NCBI RefSeq assembly: GCF_026210795.1
Contig: NC_089433.1
Location: 3,782,001 to 3,846,000, forward strand
Direction of reading: 5' to 3'
DNA from: Rhizophagus irregularis
Taxonomy: Eukaryota
DNA length: 64,000 bases
Shown: in pieces, positions 50,576-60,963 of the stretch
How positions within the stretch are numbered: position 1 is the first letter of the stretch
How the letters are laid out: each line of letters begins with the position of its first letter
Notes under the pieces: generated by a model
What the model was told of the DNA's origin: nothing
The model's database searches: none
The model's input: only the letters and a program-made list of their open reading frames with translations
Made by a program: the position numbers and the translations under genes

Positions 50576-52158
50576 TTATCTCTTTGTGATTTGAAAAACT
50601 TCATAATCTTCTATGATAAAGTCTCCATCAATATCTTTTACTCTTTTTTCATAATTACTTTTTCTATATCTAAAATTATCATAATCTATAGACTCATTTC
50701 TAGCCCATATACTAAAATCACAAAAATCCGGACCATTTATTTTGCAATAATACAAAGCACGATCTTCATTTACTATATTGCTAATGATTGCACATTGTGC
50801 ATTTTTATTTTTAAATGAAAAAATAAAACTATCTTTAGTATTAACTAAACCACCAGAAGATTCCCATTTTAAAGGGTTGTACCCACCAAGAATTTCTTCG
50901 GTTCCTTTTACTTTCATAAAAGTAACAGTATAAGGCTTACCATCACATAATTGATGAAACCTTTTAGGAGTGAATCCATCTCGGCTTCCTCTTATTAATA
51001 ATTGAAATTTGTATGGTAAATATAGTTCTCTTAAATGAGAAAAATTACTATTAACATCTACTTTATTGATCCACCTTGAAATAATTGAAACTATACTTAA
51101 ATCAGTAATTTTTGAATCAATAATCCCATCAAATCTAATATTTCTAGGAAGCAAAATATTATCAGTTGGTTCACTTTCGGGATCTAAATGAGAATTTAAT
51201 AAATTTTCATAAATTTCGCGTTTTAAGAGCTTTTTATAAGGACGAACTTTTTGTAAAAATTCTTTGGATGATAAACTAAAAAATCTAATTAAAGGTAAAC
51301 AATGTTGTAAAGTGTTTTCCATTGTTTTAGAATCTTCATCTGACCAAGTAGTAGGATCTGGATTAAGTGTAGGATTTTGTGCAAGACCCCATTTTAGTAA
51401 ATGCTCCCAAATCTCGATTTCTTTCATTTGTAAATCATCTTTTTTGATAAATTGAACTAAAGCTTTTTCAGAAATTGAAGTAAAGTCAAGTGATTTAAAT
51501 ATTTTTACTGGAGATTTTACCATCAAATCTGTACAAAATTGTTGAAGTTCTATTAAAGAATCAAATTGAAAACTTGTTTGATAAATAAGTTCAAAATGTT
51601 GTTCCATCCATTCGGATTTATTTTCAATCAAATATTTTTGCAAATAATTAATTAATTCTTGAAGTAGTAGTTCATCTGCAGCTAGTAAAATTTTAAAAAT
51701 TTCTGAAGTTTCTTGCCCATTTAACGAAAGGATACCACCATAAATATACCTATTCAAGATATCATTAGAATTATATTTATTATGTAATATATCAAAATCA
51801 CTGTGAAATTTAAGGATGGTAACGGTCATTAACCGGTCAATGGCTCGTGACCGGTATCGGTTGGTCACCGAGCGACGCCATTCTTAATAAAATTATAAAC
51901 TCACCTTAAAATAATTTTAAAGACATCTGACGATATATTTGGTATTTTAATAAAAGTTAAACTATTATCGTTATTCTTTTTATTGACAGTTAAAATTCGT
52001 CGTAAATATGGAGAACGGTAACACAGAATATTCATATGAGCACGAAATATTTTTGCATTAAGATCATCACCAACTTCAATAGTAATATCATAATATTCAT
52101 CATCTTCCAACAATTCAATGTAATTTTGACTTAATTTCGAAAAAAATTGAGTAGACAT
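50576..52158 (-). CDS. BTB/POZ-BACK-TLDc protein, gene I (exons 52158-51905 and 51749-50576; 475 aa)
   Basis: AG|GTGAGT donor, 155-bp intron, ILR-YIYGG junction; open frame. The N-terminus of ORF-track 50576-51868 is intron read-through. Confidence 0.93.
51811..51886. mobile_element. Small hAT-MITE-like element inside the gene I intron
   Basis: Inverted termini taaggatgg and ccattctta. Flanks gtgaaatt and ataaaatt fit a decayed 8-bp TSD. It accounts for the doubled intron length. Confidence 0.6.
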
Positions 52159-52362
52159 TTTGTTGATTTTTTTTTTTTAAGGTCTAATATTTATAATTAA
52201 TTCAGATATATCTATGCATAATAGTACAATTTCCTATTATATATAAGTATGGTAAAACAAGCCGCAGGTTGGCGCTGTACATCAATATTTAATTTGACCA
52301 TATTTGAAACTAATTATAAATGTTAAATACCCTCATTCTTCCGTATTTTAAAACAAACAAAA
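52159..52362. promoter_or_regulatory. 204-bp divergent intergenic region (putative bidirectional promoter) between genes I and J
   Basis: Head-to-head ATGs; contains the family motif acaagccgcaggttggcg (about 52257) and tttgaccatatttgaa. Confidence 0.6.
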
Positions 52363-53854
52363 ATGTCTACTCAATTTTTTTCGAAATTAAGTCAAAATTA
52401 TATCGAATTATTAAAAGATGATGAATACTATGATATTACAATTGAAGTTGGCGAAGATCCTAACGTAAAAATATTCCGTGCTCACATGAATATTTTGTGT
52501 TACCGTTCTCCATATTTACGACGAATTGTAGCTTCTAATAAAAAGAACAACAATAGCGTATTAGCTCATATTAAACTATCAAATATTTCACCGGAAATAT
52601 TTCAAATTTTTCTAGAGTAAGTAAATAAGTAAATTAAACGTGGATAATATATTATTTCTAATATTTATTTGATTTTTGTAATATAGGTATATTTATGGTG
52701 GTATTCTTTCATTGAATGTGGATAACGCTTCAGACTTTTTTAAAATTTTGACCTCGGCAGATAACTTTCACCTTCAGGAATTAGTTAATTACTTACAAAA
52801 ATATTTAATTGAAAATAAGTCTGAATGGATAGTACAAAATTTTGAATTTACTCAACAAATTAGTTCAAAATCTGATAATTTATTAGAGCTACAAGAATTT
52901 TGTACAAAATTAATAGCTCAATCTCCCGAAAAATTACTTTTATCATTTAACTTCATCTCACTTTCTAAAAAATCTTTAATTTCACTTATTAAAAGGGATG
53001 ATTTACAAATGAAAGAGGTTGAAGTATGGGAACATGTATTAGAATGGGGACTTGCACAAAATCAAACCCTAATTCCAGATCCTAAAACTTGGTCAGATGA
53101 TGATTTCAAATAAATGGAATATACCTTAGAACATTGTTTACCTTTAGTTAGATTTTTTAGTTTATCATCTAAAGAATTCTCACAAAAAGTTCGTCCATAT
53201 CAAAAACTCTTTAGCCGACAACTTTATGAAGAAATAGTAGATTCTTTTATGGATCCCGATAGTAAACCGAATGCAAACATTTTGCTTCCCAGAAATATTA
53301 AAATTGAGAAAATTATTGATTCAAAAATCGTTACTAATTTGAGTATTGTTAAAACTATTTTGAGACAAATTGATAAAATGAATATCAGAAATAATTTTGC
53401 ACATTTGAAAGAATCGTACAAATTTAAATTATTATTAAGAGGAAGCCGTGATGGATTTACACCTAAAAAATTCCATGAATTATGCGATGGTAAATCTAAT
53501 ACTGTTATTTTAATTAAAATAGAGGGAACAGAGGAGATTGTCGGGGGATACAATCCGTTAATATGGAAATCTTCTGGTTTATGGGTTGAAACTTAAGAAA
53601 GTTTTATTTTTTCTTTTAAAAATAATGATGTTAATGGTTCGATTATTAGTAGTGTACAAGATGCAAATCATGCAGTATTTTATGATGCTGAGCATGGGCC
53701 ACAATTTGGTTGTGATATTTATATATATTCTTCCAATGAATCTACTGATTATAGTACAATTAGTTGCGATGAGGAATATTATGATAAAATGATAAGAGAT
53801 ACTAATAATGTATTTTCTATAGAAGATTATGAAGTATTTCAAATTTTGAGATAA
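52363..53854 (+). pseudogene. BTB-BACK-TLDc gene J with two in-frame TAA stops (exons 52363-52616 and 52687-53854)
   Basis: Full length and colinear with gene H, no frameshift; stops at 53111-53113 and 53594-53596. Confidence 0.88.
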
Positions 53855-54420
53855 ATGTTTTAAATTAGATAGATGATGTTACCGGGTTTTAAATTTCTGC
53901 ATTATTCATTTTATACAAGCTTATTAACAAAGATATGACGTTTCTCTTTCTTAAAATAAATTTTTATTTCAACCGTACTAATATAATGAGTATTACTATC
54001 AAATTAATAACGGAATAATTAATCTCACCCGGATTTTTCATTCAAAAATAGTAGACTCTTTATTAAAAATCATCGCATCATTGATGATTTATTTCATGTC
54101 CAAGAGATACTCCTGTATATGAAACAGTATGTGAATAGTTGTTAGAATAATAAACGAGCAAATGTCAAGCCGTTGCGACACATTAACCAAAAAGCTATTA
54201 TGAACTGAATTAAAATTCAAAATAATCCGCATTTTCATCATTCCAATATCATTTGCTTTAACGTTTTAGTAACACCTAAATTTTATATTTTCAATTAATT
54301 ACAATTTATTGTTTAGTATACTATTATCTCAACTTATAAAAAATAATACTAACGTTCTGTGTAAATATTGGTAGTTAAAAGTAATTTTTGAATAAATAAA
54401 TAAATAAAGGTAAAAAAAAT

Positions 54421-56672
54421 TCATGAATAAATATTCATCAGTCGAAATACTTCATATTCCTCAGCGTAAAATCTATCCTCAGTTTCTCTAATCGGTTTTT
54501 CATAAGAATTTTTACAAGCATAACATTAATTAGTACTAAGTGTATTAATATCTAATCCCCATAAAATAAGGTCTCCATTACCAAATGATGGACCATAATA
54601 AGATCTATTATCTATAGTATGGCGATTATCAACTATATAATTTTCACTTCTGTTATTATTAAAAGAAAATATAAAACTATCTTTAGTATTACTATATCTA
54701 TAAGCAGATTTCCATGTGATCGGATTATATCCTCCAAGAATTTCGTTACTACCTTTCACTTTAGCAATTGTAACAGTACGAGATTGAAGATCACAAAATT
54801 TATGAAACTTTTCAATCCCGGGATCCACGGAATAATAATTTGAATTCATATGGTAACTTTAATTTATCAGTAATTTCTAATTCTAATCCATTGACCCATT
54901 TTGAGATTGTTTCGGAATGCTGATAGGTAATAATATTTGAATCAATACCACTTGAGTTAATATTTCTTGGTATACGAGATTTTGATTCACCTTTCTTATT
55001 ATCAGGATTCAAGAGACTCAATTATAAATCATCATATAATTCTGTTGGTAAAACTTTTCTGTAAGGATCTAATAAATGGAATGCATTTCTGAAAGGTATT
55101 CTTCAAGTATTGAAATCTTCTTCTGAATAGTCATTAACGTTAGAAGGCAGTTCTGCTGAATTTTGAGCAATTCCCCATTTAAGTACATATTCCCAAACTA
55201 GATATTCGTCCATTTGAAGATTATCATCCTGAATAACCGAAATTAAACGATTTTTCGGAATTGAAGTAAAATTTTGCGATTTGAATATCTTGTCAGGTTC
55301 ATTAGATATTTTAGATATTACACAATTACAATACTTCTGAAGATCCAGAAAAGAATCATTTTCAAAACTTGTTCGACATATCAGATCAAAATTTTGTTCC
55401 ATCCAGTTTGAATTGTTTTCCATTAAAAAGGATTGAATATGGATAACTAACTCCTGAAGACCTAATTCATTAGCGGCAACTAATAATTTAATTATATTTG
55501 ACGCATCATGTTCTTTTAAAGAAAGTCTTCTGCCATAAATGTACCTTGAAAACAGAAATATAATAAATATAATAGTATATTGATAAAAAAAAAAGTAACG
55601 ACACCTTAATTCAATTAGGGTTTACTTTAAAATAATTTCAAAAATTTCCGGTAAAATATTAGGTAGTTCAATACGTGACAAGGTCCCATCATTATTTTTT
55701 TTATTAGTCGACAACTTTCTTCGTAGGTAATGAGAACGGTAACTTAAAATAACCGTTTGAGCGTGAAATGTTTTTACATGGGGGTTATCACCGACTTCAA
55801 TATTAACATCATAATATTCGTCATCATCCAAAATTTCAAGGAAATTTTGTGATAATTTTGGCGAAAATTTAAAATTATCAATAATGTTCATTTCTGCATT
55901 TTCAATAACTGCCGAATCATCATCCCACTTTTGCAAAATGAATTGTTGATTCTTGCCACCATGCTTATCCCACAAGTGGATGATGTTAGTCCCCTATAAA
56001 AATACAAGTTAAAAAAAAATTATTATTATTATAATCTCTAATATTATATCAAGAAAAGCAATTTAGATAGCATACCGAGACATCAAGGACAAAATTTCGA
56101 TTAAATTTCAAATAGAAAGAATTGTCCTCATAGTTGTATTCCCATTCTTGACCGCGAGAAGGTTCATCATGCTTATGCTTATGGTATTGAACAATTCTCG
56201 TACCTTTATGATAATTAAAATACTTTAATTGTGGAATTAGAGAAAACAAAATAATATTCACTAAATAACTCACCAGTTTGGCATTTCGCTTAATTATCAA
56301 AGAAAATTTTTTTTTGATTTAGAAATTAGAAGATTTGATTTCACTAATTAAATTACGTTGTTACATACCTCCGACAACATCAAGCACGAAGCCAGGTCTT
56401 TTATTCACAATAAATCCACCATTAAAATACCAGAGTTGCATATCAACCTAAACATGGAGAAAATAAAAACAATCGATTAATAAGCAATAATCACACTATA
56501 ATCACACGTTATTATTCTATTAAAATCTAATGTCAACATTACGTTGGGATCATGCTCGGATTTCTTACTACGTTGGATAATTTCAATTTTCAACAGAACT
56601 ACAAAAAGAGCCATCTTTAACTTCAAGAACTTTCCCAGAATGTTGAGCTATAATCCAATAATAGTTAGTCAT
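54421..56672 (-). pseudogene. Ricin-B lectin (CBM13-like)-BTB-BACK-TLDc gene K, multi-exon, disrupted
   Basis: MTNYYWIIAQHSGKVLEV...MQLWYF..GFIVNKRPGFVLDV...GQEWEY..NFVLDV...LWDKHGGKNQQF (QxW/F repeats) is fused to BTB (YYDVNIEVGDNPHVKTFHA), BACK and TLDc ending AEEYEVFRLMNIYS*. Frameshifts or stops at about 56585, 55105, 55022, 54812 and 54526. Confidence 0.85.
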
Positions 56673-57679
56673 TTTTAGAATAAATTCAGAATAAATTCAG
56701 CAAGGGAAAGTATCAAAAAAAATTTTCTATACCGAGTAAGTATTTTGTACATATTTTATTCGGCAAACGGAAAATCATTTAGCCAATTGCAAAAGTCACG
56801 CGCCCTAACACATGATCTTGATGTCCATAAATTAAATCTAAAAACACAAACAAAATTAATAATTATTTATGACGATAAATATAAGATTAATGTGTATTAT
56901 ATTATGCAAAAACTGATTAATTAATCATTTTTTATTTGGCGAGAAAATAATAGAGATTTGAATGATCTAACTTTAAATAGATCGATATTATTCTAATAGA
57001 TTAAATCTTGAATTTTATTATTATTGATCAGATCAGACTTAAAAATTATATAATGTCCTGTCCATCATTCACAAGCCATTTGGAATATATTTTCAGTGAG
57101 CAGATAATACAAGGTTAATTACATATCATGCTTCGAATTATCGTAATCTACCCTTTGAAATGAGGTATTACACGACATTTCTGTTATTTTGTATAAAAAG
57201 AAAAATCTCAAAATTGCATCAACTAATAATCTTACTTTGTCAGTTTCTGGTATTAATAACCCCGAAAAATCAATTGAAGAGACAAACAAGAATTATTTAC
57301 GATTATCATTTTTCAAGTAAAACATTGATTCGTACTATTCCAGATATTAAATTGATTTAACATTTAATTCTTTCACTGACATTAAATTTTATTTAATTCT
57401 TTAAAAGGTAATCTGTTTACAAGACATTTTTGTTATTCTGTATAATATTCGTGAGACATAAAAAACAAAATGGATTTTTGAATGATGACGATTGATATTA
57501 TATAATATGTTATTATATACTTATGCGTGATTTATTCTTATATTTTATGTTTTTGAAATTTAATATAGTTTTCTTTTAAATTCAAAGTGGTAAATAACAT
57601 TTGATAAAGTTTATATATCATTTTTTAAAAAAAAATGTCATTTGCAAATGACAAATGATAAAATGACATAATTTTGTCA

Positions 57680-57910
57680 TTTCTAATTGTTTGATGATGA
57701 TATTGATGGTATAATAATGTCAATTCTGAAATCTATATAGATCATTTAGATAGTGAAAATTATATAGGCGAATCTGACAAAAGACCAAATGATTTTGAAT
57801 TGGGTATTCATCCAGCAGATAACATGTTAGCTAAATGGAAATTACTTAGTTTTATTTGATAAGTCTTCAGAAACACCAGTTTATGTTGATACAATGATAA
57901 ATTTAGATTA
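57680..57910 (+). mobile_element. Possible DNA-transposase C-terminal relic
   Basis: Acidic segment followed by IHPADNMLAKWKL, recalled as resembling the HPA...AKW.L tail of Glomeromycota RNase-H-like/hAT transposases; not verified. Confidence 0.3.
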
Positions 57911-59562
57911 AAATTGTTATTAAACAAATAAGGCTTACATTGTTACAAAATAAATAATGTTACAACCTAATGAATGTTACATACACACTGTAAATCAAAA
58001 TGTATTAGTACCCAAACGAGAATTGACTGTGGCTAGGACATACGTTCCACAGTTATATCGTTCATCATTTAGTCTATAATTCCAATGTCATACTATCTCG
58101 TTCAATAACTACTGCAAGGTAACTTAATTTAAAAAAAAATGTGTAAATTTCTGAGATTGAAAAATAACTTCGGCCTAATATGTAATGACAAAAGGTTTTT
58201 TATACTATTTATTCTCATGATATACGACACATCATTACATTTAACTCTTATGAATCATATTAAGCTACTTTATATGTTGTTTATCGTGAGAATAAATAAT
58301 AATAGTAATAACATAAAATATTTAAATAGCTTATAAACTTTATGTGATCTCGTTCTTCTCTAAATAAGTCTTCCTGAATAATATTTAGTAAACATTAATC
58401 ATGTTAGGTATTAAAAAAAATTTATTTGTCTCGCGTGAATATAAACAAAAAAAAACCAGAGAAAGAAGCTGACAAGATAGAGGTAAGAAGAATTTTAGTA
58501 TATGAACTTACGTTATCTTAATTTCTTGTATTAACTTAATTAAAATTTGTAGGGATTACAAAGAAAATGCAAACATCCTTTGTGAAAGAAAATGAGAATG
58601 AAGGTAATCATAACTTTTCATGATTATTTGTCAACTTCTTGCGTGCATCAAATAAATAAAGTCTCTTATAACCTTGATTGCAAATTTTGATCTTCCAAGC
58701 TTCGTACGTGAAAGTCCTGTTCTCACTAATGACATGAAAAATCGAAAATATTTGGACTATTTCTTGACAAGTTTCTGCAGAACAGGATTCGATCTTAATG
58801 TCATAACTCCATAGATTACTTCTTATCCTGATGGGTATTCCTTGAAGAATAAGATGACAATATGATGTATAGATGGATTCAATGGTTAAAGAACAATGCA
58901 GACGTAGACATGATGATGGAACAGAGGGTAGAGAAACTGATGTATTACAACTCAAGTAACACTTGAAGCTGCAAGATATTTATGTAATCAATTCACTCTG
59001 GAATCTATATTCATGAATGTCATTGCAATATTCATAATAAGGATTGGCAAGGATGCTCATGCATCATAATTTTTCAACTTCCAAGTGAGAGGGTTAAACT
59101 ACAAAATTATTATATTAATTTAGAAGGTAGTGAGTTGTCGTAATGGAAAATTTTCAGAATTATTAAGAAGAAAGTGGTTTGTTCAAGAACATCAATTATC
59201 TAATCATAATGAGGTTATTCATGCTTATAATTATGTTGGGAAGGAACAAGCTAAAAGAATTGCAGATTCACATCACCCACCATGAGATCAGTTAGCTGCA
59301 GTTCATGATTGTGGGGAGAAATTCTTGATTCTGCAATTAAAGGAGTTATTATATTTCCAAAAACAGAAGTACTAAAAGAATATATACAAAGTCTAAAGTT
59401 AATTTTTAGCATCATATGCTTAATTATTCAATATCTTTAAATTTTTAAAAACTGAATTTGCTAGATTTTACAATGTAATAGCTAATATAGAAAAAATTAA
59501 AGTTACATCATGCTACTTCTATTGCTTCATAAATTCTAATATAAATACTAGGGAAACGGTAA

Positions 59563-59759
59563 ACCGTTACGTAGTCCGGAGCTTATCAGTATATAGGTAG
59601 ATAATCACATGCTCAATTAACCGATCGAGATAATTTTGTGTGATATAAGAACCAATTAAACGTCGACTCAAAGAACAAGCGGACGGACAACGGGATATTT
59701 TGTACCACCATGGATAGAACATAAAGAGTCCTTCGCTACGCTCCGGACTAATTAACGGT
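59563..59759. mobile_element. 197-bp inverted-repeat element
   Basis: accgttacgtagtccggagc (59563-59582) matches the reverse complement of gctccggactaattaacggt (59740-59759) at 18 of 20 positions. Confidence 0.6.
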
Positions 59760-59817
59760 GATAACATATTTTTATTGTATATGTTCTATGTAAGCACTGG
59801 ACATTTTTCACGTATGT

Positions 59818-59900
59818 TATTGATCACTTTATAATAGTGATACACAAATTTTGGTCACTTTATAATTAGTGATATACAAAATTTTTGATCACTTTATTAT
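59818..59900. repeat. About 31-bp tandem repeat x2.5 (tttg(a/g)tcactttataat(t)agtgata(c/t)acaaa)
   Basis: Units are directly visible at about 59819, 59850 and 59884. Confidence 0.75.
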
Positions 59901-59967
59901 AAAATAATAAATAAGATACACGAAAAAAGGTCTCAGTTGCTTACGTCATACATATCCAATAACTTTA

Positions 59968-60817
59968 TTATCAGTCATGTTTATGATAACTGATTTACAC
60001 TAGGATGCTACTCTATCATGTGGCCTTCGGCCATATGATATACGAGCATCCTTATCCTGGGCCACGGTCCAGATGCTTATCCTGGACCAGCAAATCTAAT
60101 TGGATAAGATTGGTTTGTGTAACATTTGCCTTAAGAAAAAACAATTCGCGTTTTTTTAAAAAAAAGTTATGAAATGCCTTTTTTTAAAAGCATTTAATAC
60201 TACCGTTTTAAAGTAATATGTTATTTAAAATTTGTATTTTGATATGCATTTTATTAAACTTTATTAATAAATAAGTAAAATTGCATATATAACTTTATAA
60301 AAAAGGTCTTTACATTATTTTTTACTGTAATTTTATTATTAAAATTATTTTAATGTTAATATCAAAACAAAAGTACGAAGTAATATTATATTAGCTTTAA
60401 AAGTAATGTTATAAATGTGTAATTTACTTAACCCCAAAACTTAAAAAAAAACACTTGATTTCCAGAATAATATTAATATATCATAAAACTTCTTCAAAAA
60501 GAAAATAAAAAACATTTAGCATTATCATAAAACTACAATAAATACAATTAAAATTAAAATATACAAGCTTAAATGAAATATGAAATACTAAGTACTAACA
60601 TACCACAAAAAGAATAGAGAAAGAGTGAAAGATAGGAAGAGTGAGAGATAAAATAAATTATGCCGGAGCTATGTAATAAAAGTGCTAGTAATTAGCCAAT
60701 CAAAAGTTGACTGGTCCAGAATAAGCATCTGGACCGGTGGATCAGGTTAAGGATGGCCTATGATATACATAGCAATCCTAGTGGTAAATCAGTTATCATC
60801 TACAACATGACTGATAA
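59968..60817. mobile_element. 850-bp non-autonomous element with long (about 130-175 bp) imperfect terminal inverted repeats
   Basis: Left ttatcagtcatgt..tgataactgattta..ctaggat..ggtccagatgcttat.ctggaccag mirrors right ctggtccagaataagcatctggacc..atcctag..taaatcagttatca..acatgactgataa. Confidence 0.8.
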
Positions 60818-60963
60818 CAATTACATATTAATAATAAACTGATGTTATATATTGCTTTATACAACAAGTTAACATTAATTTTTAATGGGGACTTTAAGCA
60901 AACTTAAACAAATGTAGTGTTCATGTTAGTTGGTTCAGTTATCTATTTGTAAAAATATAGTAC

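Noticed and set aside
53111..53596. Alternative genetic code (TAA read as sense)
   Set aside because: TAA is the normal terminator of most intact paralogs in the window.
6501..53842. Recurrent short antisense ORFs (MKSSSDQ..., MKYFIIFY..., MLIRN..., MYSISIFYDQ...)
   Set aside because: They are opposite-strand or alternate-frame shadows of the BTB-BACK-TLDc exons and recur only because the sense genes are paralogous.
58560..59400. Coding-like, slightly GC-richer stretch
   Set aside because: All frames are broken and no motif could be assigned; probably an old TE or gene relic.
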